From: Rotaria socialis
Lineage: Eukaryota
NCBI GenBank assembly: GCA_905331295.1
Contig: CAJNYD010000049.1
Span: 62,001-126,000, forward strand
Direction of reading: 5' to 3'
Length of the DNA stretch: 64,000 bases
Shown: positions 1 to 11,520 of the stretch, piece by piece
Position numbering within the stretch: the stretch's first letter is position 1
Layout of the letters: every line of letters begins with the position of its first letter
Notes under the pieces: model-generated
Seen by the model: only the letters and a program-made list of their open reading frames with translations
Told to the model about the DNA's origin: nothing
Database searches by the model: none
Translations under genes and position numbers: made by a program

Positions 1-3000
1 TTCTGTTTACAATAATCTCCCCAATTGAATTGTCTATTGCTAAATGCTCTATAGGCAGTGAACATATCAGCTATGCCTTCAGTGATAAGACCCATTCCTA
101 CAGTAGAACCAAATCCAGTAGCAATAAGAACACCACCAGCAATAATTTGCAGAGATCCTAATATAGCCACAGCTATTACACTTCTCCAAGGAACAAATCG
201 TTTCTCATTTATTTCGATCATATATTCAATACCTTTTGCTGTAAATTCATTCAGTTCAACAGTAGGCATAGAACCTTTTGTGTATAATTCCATTAGATTT
301 TTTATTTTACTTATTTGTATATTTTCTTGAACGAGATCTGCATGAATAACAATATATTCAACTTGATGATCTTCCAAACATTGAAATTCGAGAGAGAACT
401 CGATATTCTCTGTACGAAGATCTTTTATTATAATTTCCGATGTTGTCTTGTTTAAATTGTTAAAATGAAAATTTGCTTGTCCATTAAGACCATTAATACT
501 GTTATAAAAATCTATGCCAACAAATGAAATATTAAATGAAATTTCTTGACAGCCAGATATAATTTTGCTGATTTGATCGGTTTGCAATGATTCAAATTTG
601 ATATAAAAATATGAATCATCGTTTTTAAGTTCTGTTGCTCTTTTCACTAATTCATTTCGATCTACTTTTTCATACAATTTCTGTTCAGTTACACATATTT
701 TTGCAGTTTCTATCCATTTATTGCGACCTATAATTGGCAACAGTATTGATTTAGTCAACACCATTTCGAGATTTATAGACGCGGCTTTGATTGAAGATAG
801 TTTTTCCTTAATACTCTCAAAATCTAAACGATCAAAATCAATTTGAAGATTCTCAGAATCATTAGCTGCATTTTTGAAATGTGTATTCACTCCATTCACA
901 TTTGCACCTTTAATAATGATGTTAAATCGAAGTGTATCATCCGTTTTTTCTTCAATCAATGTAATAAGTTCATTCATTTGTTGATTTTTTAATTCTTCAG
1001 TTTTGCTATCACTATGTATAATTTTCAAATCAACTTGATATGACCTTCTTACACGAAGTATATTCCACATGGTTCGTTCGCTCTTAAGTTTATCTATAGC
1101 TGATTCTTTCGTCAGATCCAGATATTCTTTATTTTGATTGAAAATTGCTTTTATTCTATCTAATTCGGCTTGTTTCAATGTAATAGATATGCCATGGTAT
1201 GATGACGGCAAGTTATCTTTGCAGTATGCATTATTTATAGTTTCCAATGCTTGGTCAATTGTAAAACTATCTTCTCTCGACGTCAAATCATTAAATATTA
1301 AATTATAACTTGCTTTCTTGTTCATTTTAATGTCTAATTTATTCTTGCTGTTTCTTTTAAGCTCATAATAAAACTCGATCTTTTCTAATACATTCCCATG
1401 AGAATGCTGTTCAATTCCAATCAAGTCAATAAGTCTTAATGATTTTTTGATTGCACCAATATTACCTTGAACACTATTTAAATATGTACCTAAAATAGTT
1501 ACTTTCGTCACAAACTGTTTATATAGTTCACTACCAGTAAATGTCGGTTGTTTTTGTTCTAAAAGTACTTGCATTGAATTTAACATTGCCATTTCATTGG
1601 ATAAAATTTTTAATGATTTCTCAAATGATTCAAGTGCTTTATTTTTATAATTCTCATCTCGAATTACAAGTGCGCACCAGGCTATACCTAAATAGGCTGC
1701 ACCAGAAACAGCTTCATCTAATTGAACAGCTTTCTCAAAATGACTCAAAGCACTTTTAGCTTTTGAAGAACTACGTATTGACCAATCATTCATAATAATA
1801 TCATTTGCAATCGCTGTATGATAATATGAATTTTTAATAATTTTCTCTTGTTCGTAATCTTTTCTCAATGTGGCAATCAATTTGTTGCATTCTTCGTTGG
1901 CATGATCTAATGGTATAGTGTCATCATCTAATTTTCGTAAAAACATCGCCCATTGTTCTTCAACAGCTGCAATTATATTTGTCTCATAAACAGTTGGCAT
2001 GACAGTTTTAAATACGTCTGTTACCGCATTCAAACTTGCTTGAAAGAGTCCTTGATTATATCGAATATTATGACGAATTTCTCCATTTAAAAATGTACAG
2101 AATTGTTTAAATAGTTTATCTTTGGTTTGAATCAATTTCAGGTCATTGTTTTGAAATTCGTTTAACATATTTGATTCGATTTCATCTCTTTGCGATTTGA
2201 CTTCGGTGGTATTTACATGATTATAATCGATTAGATTCATTGAATTTAAAATCATCAATCCAGTGCCACGTTTGCCTTGTCTCGCTGTTCGTCCAAATGC
2301 TTGATCTTCGATACGTTGATTATTTGGCATAAATGTTAAGACAACATGCAAACCGCCGAACTCTTCTATCTCATCTGTACGTATATCAGTTCCTCTTCCA
2401 GCTAAATTTGTTGCAATGATTATTTCACCAGGTAGGATTTTTTCGACATGTTTCTCCTGATTCATATTATTCATCGTATAGAGTTTGACAGCAGTTGATC
2501 TATGTTGAATTTTCAATAGATCACAAAGTCTATTTGCATGAGCGATATTCTCACAGATAATCAATACACCTCTATCTTTTTTCGTTTCAATTAATACTGT
2601 TGAACATATTTGTTCCACCCATTTAGTTTCATCTTGACTAACGATGGTTTCTAGTTCGAGATATTGTTTCTGACGTAATTGTGGAACATTGACTAAATCG
2701 GCATTATAGACTTCTTTCAATACTTTTTTTGCTTTTTCCGAACCAAGTGTACCAGTTAGACCATAAATATTTGTATAATTATTTATGAAGCTAATATTCG
2801 ACAAAAAGTTGGTCGTAAATGTTTCCGAAGTCATTTTTAAGTTATGTTTAATTTGCAAAAATTGATGTAAACCATCACTCCAATTCGTTGAACTTTGTAC
2901 AATACCGGTACTGTAATAGTCAACTGGCTTTATTTGACCTTCTTGTACGACATAATGTATATTTTCTTGGTAATTTAGTGCTTCAATCGCATTATGTATC

Positions 3001-6000
3001 CATTTGGGTTTTTGAGTTTCATAAAATTCTTTATAATTCTTTGGAATTTCCAATTTTTTCTCGTTGATTAGACTGGCTAAATATTCATCTAAACATTTTT
3101 TCAGATAGTCATCCAGATCACCATTTATGACCTCTCCTATATCGCTGATATCGTTATTATTTGAAACATAACTTTCCAAGTCTGCTATTTTGACAATATT
3201 ATTGTTATTATCCAAAGATTTCAATACAATTTTTCCATTTTCAAATTCAACTTTACCATTCATCATATACATTGTGTTATTAAACATTATAAATCTTTCC
3301 TTAACTGTCAATAATCTTTGCCAAATGTAAACATAAATAACTTGAAAGTAATCCATTCCAGCAGCTGTTGATGAAAGACGTGCAATTTTTGAACTATCAT
3401 CAATAAGCATACTATCAACTTCATCGACTATAGCTATTTCAGATTTTCGAGTGCCAAGTGTACCTAACATACTATATTGATCTCTTAATGTATCGAATTG
3501 AAATTGTGACACTTCACCATAGACAATATCAGCTGTATAACAATCTTTGGGACCATATAAATAAATTGTTTTATCATTATTATCACTGCAAGTCAAGTGA
3601 AACATTTTGAATAATTTCATTTTTTGTTTGCTATCCCTCTCTGCCAATACAGGTGAACTCGTAATAACATGAACTTGCTTGTTTTTCAATGCATTTATTA
3701 TTGCCAATATACATACAATTGTCGATTTACCTTCACCAGTAGCGACTTGTAATAGTTTGTTTCTAGTCTTCGATTCAGTTTTTAATGCTATTAAACTGCA
3801 CAATATTTGTGTATCCGTCAAATGATAACCAGTGAATAGGAAATTGGCCCGTTTTATAATAGCAATTGCTTCCACGTTGCTAAATTGTTCTCCTTTTGAT
3901 TTGATTGCGTCTGACCAATGGTTAATTTGTTTAACGCCCCATCCAGCTATTGGCAATTGATTATATTGAATTGATGACTTCAAGTCTTCTCGCTTTATTT
4001 CTTCTAATTCTTTGGGCAATTCTGTTGTTATATACCGGACTGACGCTGAATTGTTTTCATTGGATTCTTTCAATTCATTTAATAATTCTGTTGGACTTTT
4101 GACTTTTCCTTTTAATTGAAAATTATTTTCAATAACCAGTTTATTTAATCCTTTTAAAAATTGAATAAAAGTGTTCGATTCTCGAATTAACTGACTACAT
4201 TTCTTATATTGTGAGGAAGATAAATTGTACTGATTGATAAGTTCCAATACACTTATATAATTTTCAAGTTTTCGATTTATATTCATCGAATTGAATGATT
4301 CTGTTAGCTCATCGAGTTGATCAAATGTCCATTTCTTTTTAATTAATAAGCATAGATTCTTGAATAAAACATCTCTATAACTTTGTTTTTCATCGTTTGA
4401 ATTAATTCTATTGCATATATATTTGGCTTCAAGTAGACACTTCAAATGAGTAATATCAACATTTTGAAAACATAAATCGTTCAACGTTAGCTCTTTGATG
4501 GAACAAAATTCTACCACATCTTCAAATTCTCTTAAATTATCGATCCGTGATATGCACTTGAAAAGATTTTCAATAAATGTTCTATTGAATGTTTTACAAA
4601 CATTTTGACAAAGTTCACTTAGATAATTTTCGTCGATGTTGTTATTTGTCAGGCGATTTTTCATCATTTCTATGCACCAGCCGTTTTTTAATGTGCCATA
4701 GGGAAATTCGTGATTGTTTAAAATAATCATTACGTCATCATATGACCTTGTACCGATGCATAAAAATACGTCAATGATCTGTGCAATCGATTCGAAGTCC
4801 AAGGCTCTTTGCATGATTAAACCCAACATTTTAACTGATTTGTAATACATGAATTTTTGTTCAATTATAAACCAATTACTGTAGAAATCGATCTGTTCAG
4901 TGTCGCATGCTTTGAAATGTTCAAATAAACTTGATATAATAAGTTCTCTTATCCATTTTTCTTTGTCATTTTTCTTAAATACATCTAGATTAATAAACTC
5001 CAGCGAAACGATTACGTCTAATAAATCCAAATACGTTTTAACTTTTTCTATGTGCACTCCAGCATTTGATAGGTTTTCTATTGTGGAATCGCACCAATTT
5101 TGAAATCGTTGCGATTTCGTACGTTCATTTTTACTAAGAATCATTCTTAATCCTTTAAACGAGAAACTTCTGATAAGCCAATCGCCGTGATCAAGATTGT
5201 TTTCTAAAAGTGTAATGCAGCTTTCAGATACGGAACAATATTTTAGTGAATAAAAAATTGATTCTAGCAGCAGCGGCAATAATGATAGTTCATCATTTTT
5301 GTATTGACCAGCATCATATCTATCTATGTTTTCGTTGTAGGTTTGAACTAATTTGTCAAGAACTTCTTCAACTTTTTTAGATTTTTTCTCTTTAATTATG
5401 CGACAATAACATGGTAATGCAATTTCTTTGATTTGATTAGCCAATAAAGCTTGTTCAATAAGAGAAACGAACGCTTGATTATCGTAATAAGACGGATTGT
5501 TTATTGCTAAAATTTCCACCAGCATTTCTACCTTGTGTATATCTAAAATGTTAATTTTTGCTTTGGAAAATTGTAAGAGTCCTCTAATTTGTTCGTCATT
5601 TAATTGAAGTTGCGTATTTAATTCTGCGTAGAGATTACTTTTAGAAAATGACCGACTTATTTCATCAACTTCACCATTTTTCATGTTTTCGTGGATGATT
5701 TCGGCGGCTTTGTAATTCAAGCTTTTTCCACTGTGTTTTGCTTCTTCGAATAGTTTTAAGCAAGATTTTTTGATATTTTTCGACGTAGTACTCTCATATA
5801 ATAGTACAAGACTTTCGATAAGATCATCAGTCATTTTATTTTTCGATTTCAATAAATGTAAAATTTCTAAAGCCTTTTCTTGTAATTGAAAATCTTGATC
5901 GATTACATTTTTCAATTGATTGTAATTTTGTTCTAATAAAGCATCTTCATGATTTGCATATCCTTTTAATTTATTCAATAGTTCGCTATTAGATTGATAA

Positions 6001-9000
6001 TCTAAGTTAGCCAGTTGAATTTTTGCTTTATATTTGCTGGTCAATTCACTATTATTTTGTTCCATAAATGTAAATAATGAATAAATTTCGTCTTTTATTG
6101 TTTTATCACAATACAAACTAGTACCAATTGTTACTACTTCATTGAATAGACTCGAACTAACTTGTACAAATTTAACCAATATTCGTAATACACTAATGCA
6201 TATCTTTTGTAAATTAGAATTATCCGAGCTGATTCCATCTACTAAGATTTTTTCTATTTGTTGCTGGTATCGCTTAATATCGGTGTGATGAGTTTCAATC
6301 AAGGATCCAAGTGCGCTCAAAAGTTCTTGTTTCAACATAATGTATTTTTCAAGTAAAATTTTATTCAATATTTTCTGAATTATATTATGGCATAACTTTT
6401 CACCCTTTTGCGCCAAATATACAAATATTGAAAGCACTTTATCTTCAATTTGTTTTCTATTCAATGCCGTTTCTAATTTATTTAAAAGTTCACCAGATAA
6501 TGTTTGATTATTTTTTGCTACATTTTCAAAGACACCAATTAAAATGAATTGATCGCTGTTTGGATTGAAATGTTCAATTAACTTATTCAGCAAATCATAT
6601 TGTATGATTTGTTTGTTCTTTGATATATTGTACAATACTTGTAAAGCATCCTCGTTAACAGTTTCATTTTCTAAAGCACTAACCGTATCAATTGGTAATT
6701 GCATTCCATTGTTGGTTTGATCTTGCATAAATTTCATAATTGATGTTTTATTCGTTGATCGAGATAGAACAAAACCAGCTTTAGCAAGTTCTATTGTATA
6801 GAATATGCTCTCAGGTAAATCCTGATTTTGTCTGGCTTTTTCCAATAGTTTAAACGAATTATATCGGCGTCTTGCATTTATTGACATGTACAAATTGTCA
6901 ACCAGTATCTGCAATATTTTATTTGTAACTAATTGACCATTACGAATAACATTGTAAATAGTGAGAATAGCTTTTTCAAATCGCTCAGGAAAATCAAGTG
7001 CATTTTCCAAAGCTCGTATTGTACTTTTAGGTATTCTATACTTACTTGTGTATATTTCAAGTATCTCAAGTACTTTAGCACTATAATTTTCGTCTAATAG
7101 CAAAATGCTATCAAGTAGAGCAAACACATTTTCATCTTCAAACTTTTGTTTGCTTCCTTCGAGTTTTAATATTTTAAGTATATTCAAGTTGATTTCGTTT
7201 GCAAAATCATTTCCTCCTAATTTCAAACTTTGAGTGAGAAATAATGAACTGAAATTATCCATATGCATGGCATTGATTGGTTCGCTAAGTTCAGCCAATT
7301 TCACTAAACCATATGAATAAGCTGTAAGAATATAGACACTCACATCATAAACTTGATCATTTAGAAAATCTTTCATTTGACTGAGAGCATCGTGTTCTAA
7401 CGACGCATATTTCGATAAAACATAGATACACTTCGATGAAATTATTTTTGTTTGTTTATCATCGTTATTTAATGCTAAAACTAAATTAGCAATTGTTTTA
7501 TTCGTTATTTGAACATGTTTTTGAGCAGATAATAAAATCAGATTAGCAGTAAGTAATGAGATTTGATTACAATGTTGATTCTGCTCGGAACGTTGTGTAA
7601 AAATTATTTTCGAATCGTTATTTAATTGAACAACATCGTTACACTCTAATTTGAAAGATATCGTTTCCAAATCTTGTTGGTTGCGAATGTATTTTTTTCC
7701 ACGAATAACACGACTTAGTATAAGTAGAATATAATTTGAAGAATTTTCGCCAAAATATTCTATATTGTCAATTAATTTTTTCACCATTCGATTTGATAAC
7801 GAATTTTGTTTTTCAGCAATTATCAGTATAGACGTAAGCATGGCATTAATAAGATTAGCACTTGAATTACTAGAATCTTGAACGTATTGAATCAATAATT
7901 CCAAATGTTCGTCTCCCAAAGCCTTGTTTGTTTCATGTTCTAAATAATTATTAATTATCTCGATAATATCTTCTTTTATTTGAGTATCATAGACGTCGCT
8001 ATTTAATAAATCAATTAATTTCGAAAGTATTTCATCAGTAAATAATTCTTGACTTCGTTTCGCATCTTTGGCTTGATTATTCAGAAAATTGATTATCATA
8101 TCATGATTTCCACGTGTTCCACGTACTAAAACCTCGATATATGCTTCAAACGTTCCTTTATAATCAATTTCATTAGTTGAATCAGCTATGCTCATTATTT
8201 GAAATATTAATTTTATAAATTTAGCATCATTTTCTTGATAATTTGTTAAACATTTTTGAATTTTCTTAATTCTATCCTTGATAAGAACTTGTTTGTTTCG
8301 AATTGAACAATTATGTATGGCCTTTAAACTGTCCAATCTAAGTTGATTTATTTCGTTTTTTATTATTTCTGCAAGTTCATTTTTATTGAACTCTTTTCGT
8401 TTCACTTCAGTAGAATTCCATAGCCATCCTTGATGTGTAACAGCCTCTATTGTTTTGTTCATAATTGTCTTAATAAAAATAGTTGCTATATCCGGTTCGC
8501 TTAATCCCTTGAATTCATCATAAAAATCATATATAGCATCAACAACTAAGTCTACCATATCATCGTTACAATCCAATGCAATTGAAACAAAAGAATCCAA
8601 GTCAGTTGCACACATCATTAGTTTATCAATAGCATTACTATTTAGCTGTTGCTTTTTTGATGCTCGAAGCAATGTAGCAACGATCATTCTGTTAATGAAA
8701 AGTGAATAAACTTTCATTCGCCTTCTGGCACTTAGAGGTCCGTGTGGCAAAACTTTTGTATTAATACAGACATGCCAGCCAAATAATTTTGCTGGTAAAT
8801 AATTATCTTTATCATCACTTTTTAATGCTTGTCCTTGTGATACTACTAATGAGTAAAAATTAACACATTCTCCCCAAGTACTTCTCAACATTGATCTATC
8901 ATCGCCATTTGTATCATTTACAGCATCGATTTTTTCTAGTGTTACTTTCATGTTGAGCACTCTGTTTCGATTTTTTAGTGCATCTGATAAATTCAAAAAT

Positions 9001-9809
9001 GTCATTTTTGTCTCTTCGGACTCTTTATTATTATAACTTGATTTCACAGTTTGTATTGTTTTAGTAACTACTAGTTTATTCATTTTTTGATTCCCATTAG
9101 ATTTACCCGCTGATTTAAATCGATGCTCAGTTTTTACCTGATCATTGCGGTCAACACTTTTACTGATTTCTAATCGAGTTAATAAAAGACCTTTTGCATC
9201 TTCATTTATATCAAACCTATTCAGCACCAAACTACTTAGTTCATTGATTAATTCGTTGTCTAATGTTGATTTTTCAGTCATATAAGTCAATGTATAAATA
9301 AGTTCAGTCATAACAGACTCGTCTTTACATCGTTTTATCCAATCGATGACATCAGAATATTGGATTTCTGTTATCAATTGTTCGCTATTTCGAGTTAAAT
9401 ATTTTAACGATAAGCATAGAAAATATTGAACTTGTTCATTAACATTACCATCTAAGCCTTTCAAATATTTACTGAATTGATTTAACAGATTTTTATGCAC
9501 ATGTCTCAATTCGTCGAATGTAATTATGAACTTGCGTATGTAATATGCAAATTTCTTTGATTCTTCTAAATGAAATAATTTATCTTGCTTGTAAAAACAT
9601 TTTAATTCGTTGATTGCAACTGTTTTATCAAATTCACATTCGATTGATCGCTTGCATTTATCCGATTCAAGTTTTTGAAATTTTCTTACTGCTAGTGCTG
9701 TTCTTATAACTTTTCGAAGTCGTAGGGGTTCCTTAGATGGTTGACTTTCATCTTTGGTTTTGCAATTTGTTACGGTTTTTAATAAGGCTTTAAATGTTCC
9801 AGAAAACAT
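1..9809 (-). CDS. Giant intronless SecA-family (DEAD-like) ATPase protein, >=3269 aa, 3' end beyond window start
   Basis: ATG at 9809-9807. The same frame is open at every spot check (9800, 8200, 5000, 3720, 1-200), and the ORF track lists no stop-terminated piece of it. Motifs read manually: LLQVATGEGKST (~3720-3755), VHVITSSPVLAERD, DIVYGEVSQFQFDTLRD, IAIVDEVDSMLID (DEVD 3414-3425), WSDGLHQFLQIKH, IYGLTGTLGS, IIATNLAGRGTDI, QAFGRTARQG (~2275-2305). Confidence 0.9.
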   Translation of the reverse strand, partial: MFSGTFKALLKTVTNCKTKDESQPSKEPLRLRKVIRTALAVRKFQKLESDKCKRSIECEFDKTVAINELKCFYKQDKLFHLEESKKFAYYIRKFIITFDELRHVHKNLLNQFSKYLKGLDGNVNEQVQYFLCLSLKYLTRNSEQLITEIQYSDVIDWIKRCKDESVMTELIYTLTYMTEKSTLDNELINELSSLVLNRFDINEDAKGLLLTRLEISKSVDRNDQVKTEHRFKSAGKSNGNQKMNKLVVTKTIQTVKSSYNNKESEETKMTFLNLSDALKNRNRVLNMKVTLEKIDAVNDTNGDDRSMLRSTWGECVNFYSLVVSQGQALKSDDKDNYLPAKLFGWHVCINTKVLPHGPLSARRRMKVYSLFINRMIVATLLRASKKQQLNSNAIDKLMMCATDLDSFVSIALDCNDDMVDLVVDAIYDFYDEFKGLSEPDIATIFIKTIMNKTIEAVTHQGWLWNSTEVKRKEFNKNELAEIIKNEINQLRLDSLKAIHNCSIRNKQVLIKDRIKKIQKCLTNYQENDAKFIKLIFQIMSIADSTNEIDYKGTFEAYIEVLVRGTRGNHDMIINFLNNQAKDAKRSQELFTDEILSKLIDLLNSDVYDTQIKEDIIEIINNYLEHETNKALGDEHLELLIQYVQDSSNSSANLINAMLTSILIIAEKQNSLSNRMVKKLIDNIEYFGENSSNYILLILSRVIRGKKYIRNQQDLETISFKLECNDVVQLNNDSKIIFTQRSEQNQHCNQISLLTANLILLSAQKHVQITNKTIANLVLALNNDDKQTKIISSKCIYVLSKYASLEHDALSQMKDFLNDQVYDVSVYILTAYSYGLVKLAELSEPINAMHMDNFSSLFLTQSLKLGGNDFANEINLNILKILKLEGSKQKFEDENVFALLDSILLLDENYSAKVLEILEIYTSKYRIPKSTIRALENALDFPERFEKAILTIYNVIRNGQLVTNKILQILVDNLYMSINARRRYNSFKLLEKARQNQDLPESIFYTIELAKAGFVLSRSTNKTSIMKFMQDQTNNGMQLPIDTVSALENETVNEDALQVLYNISKNKQIIQYDLLNKLIEHFNPNSDQFILIGVFENVAKNNQTLSGELLNKLETALNRKQIEDKVLSIFVYLAQKGEKLCHNIIQKILNKILLEKYIMLKQELLSALGSLIETHHTDIKRYQQQIEKILVDGISSDNSNLQKICISVLRILVKFVQVSSSLFNEVVTIGTSLYCDKTIKDEIYSLFTFMEQNNSELTSKYKAKIQLANLDYQSNSELLNKLKGYANHEDALLEQNYNQLKNVIDQDFQLQEKALEILHLLKSKNKMTDDLIESLVLLYESTTSKNIKKSCLKLFEEAKHSGKSLNYKAAEIIHENMKNGEVDEISRSFSKSNLYAELNTQLQLNDEQIRGLLQFSKAKINILDIHKVEMLVEILAINNPSYYDNQAFVSLIEQALLANQIKEIALPCYCRIIKEKKSKKVEEVLDKLVQTYNENIDRYDAGQYKNDELSLLPLLLESIFYSLKYCSVSESCITLLENNLDHGDWLIRSFSFKGLRMILSKNERTKSQRFQNWCDSTIENLSNAGVHIEKVKTYLDLLDVIVSLEFINLDVFKKNDKEKWIRELIISSLFEHFKACDTEQIDFYSNWFIIEQKFMYYKSVKMLGLIMQRALDFESIAQIIDVFLCIGTRSYDDVMIILNNHEFPYGTLKNGWCIEMMKNRLTNNNIDENYLSELCQNVCKTFNRTFIENLFKCISRIDNLREFEDVVEFCSIKELTLNDLCFQNVDITHLKCLLEAKYICNRINSNDEKQSYRDVLFKNLCLLIKKKWTFDQLDELTESFNSMNINRKLENYISVLELINQYNLSSSQYKKCSQLIRESNTFIQFLKGLNKLVIENNFQLKGKVKSPTELLNELKESNENNSASVRYITTELPKELEEIKREDLKSSIQYNQLPIAGWGVKQINHWSDAIKSKGEQFSNVEAIAIIKRANFLFTGYHLTDTQILCSLIALKTESKTRNKLLQVATGEGKSTIVCILAIINALKNKQVHVITSSPVLAERDSKQKMKLFKMFHLTCSDNNDKTIYLYGPKDCYTADIVYGEVSQFQFDTLRDQYSMLGTLGTRKSEIAIVDEVDSMLIDDSSKIARLSSTAAGMDYFQVIYVYIWQRLLTVKERFIMFNNTMYMMNGKVEFENGKIVLKSLDNNNNIVKIADLESYVSNNNDISDIGEVINGDLDDYLKKCLDEYLASLINEKKLEIPKNYKEFYETQKPKWIHNAIEALNYQENIHYVVQEGQIKPVDYYSTGIVQSSTNWSDGLHQFLQIKHNLKMTSETFTTNFLSNISFINNYTNIYGLTGTLGSEKAKKVLKEVYNADLVNVPQLRQKQYLELETIVSQDETKWVEQICSTVLIETKKDRGVLIICENIAHANRLCDLLKIQHRSTAVKLYTMNNMNQEKHVEKILPGEIIIATNLAGRGTDIRTDEIEEFGGLHVVLTFMPNNQRIEDQAFGRTARQGKRGTGLMILNSMNLIDYNHVNTTEVKSQRDEIESNMLNEFQNNDLKLIQTKDKLFKQFCTFLNGEIRHNIRYNQGLFQASLNAVTDVFKTVMPTVYETNIIAAVEEQWAMFLRKLDDDTIPLDHANEECNKLIATLRKDYEQEKIIKNSYYHTAIANDIIMNDWSIRSSSKAKSALSHFEKAVQLDEAVSGAAYLGIAWCALVIRDENYKNKALESFEKSLKILSNEMAMLNSMQVLLEQKQPTFTGSELYKQFVTKVTILGTYLNSVQGNIGAIKKSLRLIDLIGIEQHSHGNVLEKIEFYYELKRNSKNKLDIKMNKKASYNLIFNDLTSREDSFTIDQALETINNAYCKDNLPSSYHGISITLKQAELDRIKAIFNQNKEYLDLTKESAIDKLKSERTMWNILRVRRSYQVDLKIIHSDSKTEELKNQQMNELITLIEEKTDDTLRFNIIIKGANVNGVNTHFKNAANDSENLQIDFDRLDFESIKEKLSSIKAASINLEMVLTKSILLPIIGRNKWIETAKICVTEQKLYEKVDRNELVKRATELKNDDSYFYIKFESLQTDQISKIISGCQEISFNISFVGIDFYNSINGLNGQANFHFNNLNKTTSEIIIKDLRTENIEFSLEFQCLEDHQVEYIVIHADLVQENIQISKIKNLMELYTKGSMPTVELNEFTAKGIEYMIEINEKRFVPWRSVIAVAILGSLQIIAGGVLIATGFGSTVGMGLITEGIADMFTAYRAFSNRQFNWGDYCKQ

Positions 9810-10061
9810 CCAGGTGTGAGATTTTGTTTATCTAATAATAAATAGGAAATTCAATAGGAAAAACGAATGAAACATACGAGTTGGTGGGAAATTTGAATTT
9901 GGTGAGTGAGGGTGAGTGTGGTTTGGATAAAGATACAAAACTCACTCACATCCCATCATAAAAACGCTTTGGAGATATCGAAGAGCATCGAACTGCGTTT
10001 TAAATAAAAAAAAATACATAAAAAAATCTTCTCAATGCTTTTTCTATACGAGTCAATACTG

Positions 10062-10482
10062 GAGTCCTTCATCGGGTCGAAAATAAATTTCCGGACCCGA
10101 TCAAAGAAATATCAGCCGTTCCATCATTTCTCATCTTAATAAATTATTTAAACGTGCATCTTATAGAGACATGTTTTCTCTTTCTTCTCACGTATTTAGA
10201 AAAGCAATAGAATGCATCATAGCTAAAATATTTTAATTAAAAAAAGCTGCTAGCGCAATCTCTGTGGGATTAAAATGTGAAACACGATGAAACTTCTTTA
10301 CTGGAATTTGTCTATCACGGTCAGTGATGGTCTGTGGAGCTTCTCTGTTACGGTCTGTATTATGATGCATTCTATTGCTTTTCTAAATACATGAGAAGAA
10401 ATTATTAAGATGAGAAATGATGGAACGCCTGATATTTCTTTGATCGGGTCCAGAAATTTGTTTTCTACCCGATGAAGGGCTC
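10062..10482. repeat. Inverted repeat pair (foldback-like) embedded in the 270-bp repeat array
   Basis: 10062-10222 is the reverse complement of 10361-10482, apart from a ~40-bp indel. Confidence 0.8.
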
Positions 10483-10496
10483 TACTCAATGCCGAC

Positions 10497-11120
10497 TGCA
10501 CAAAAACATTCTTTCGTTTCTTCTTCAAACAGTCTATCCTTATCTTATTCCGTTCTCGGTACGCCAACATGGACTACACACAATAGTTTTTGTCGGTCTG
10601 CGTGTAACATTCTACGTCAATTTCATTCGATTCTCCACACTCAAAAACAAAATTAACAAACATCCAAAAAAGGTTTCGGTGATAAGAAAGAGCATCGAAA
10701 TTCGTTTTAAGCCAAAAAAGTACAAAAAATCTTCGCAATGCTTTTTTCTATACCAGTCAATACCGATTGCATAAAATCATTTTTTCCTTTCTTCTCCAAA
10801 TAGTATCTGCTTATTTCATTCTGCTCTCTGCAAGTCAACATCGACTACACACAATGTTTTTTTTCGGTCAGCCTGTAACACTATATCGATCTCGTTGTAT
10901 TCTCTACACTCAAAAACAAAGATTAGAAAACATCAAAAAAAGGTTTTGGTGATGCCGAAGAGCATCGAAATGCATTTTAAGCCAAAAAAATACAAAAAAT
11001 CTTCGCAATGCTTTTTTCTATACCAGTCAATACCGATTGCACAAAATCATTTTTTCCTTTCTTCCCCAAATAGTATCTGCTTATCTCATTCTGTTTTCTG
11101 TAAGCCAATACTGACTGCAG
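10497..11120 (+). repeat. ~270-bp tandem repeat (about 2.3 units), with a further partial unit at ~9960-10060
   Basis: AGCATCGAAA...AAAAATCTTCGCAATGCTTTTTTCTATACCAGTCAATACCGATTGC recurs at 10691 and 10961 (period 270). A diverged copy is at ~9983. Confidence 0.85.
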
Positions 11121-11520
11121 AAAACAATTTCTTCCTCACTCGTACTAATTTATAGTTTCACAGTAATTGCACTGATTTCTTAGTAGACGATCCATCTGCC
11201 TGACATCTAGATTATATATGAGTAACTTACGATTTTGCCGTGAGGTGCGTCCTATTTTTAAAGCGTTTGAAAGCCATCGTCATTCATCTTAATTATCAAT
11301 ATGGTAAATATCGACATAAGTCGTTTTTAATCAGATCAATCTTTGATTATTGATATTGTACGCAACGAGTAATCACCCTGTTTCGCCCTCGGAATCAGCC
11401 CATTCAGTTCCAGAATTAGATGAAACATGAATTCTGCCCGATTCTGAAGTCAGCTCGTACGATTCCCGTAATTGCACGGAATTCAGTCCAATTCCCGAAT
11501 TACAACTCCTGTTACTATTC

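Noticed and set aside
10472..11155. ORFs sharing FKPKKYKKSSQCFFLYQSIPIA
   Set aside because: They arise from the 270-bp tandem repeat, with no consistent frame across units.
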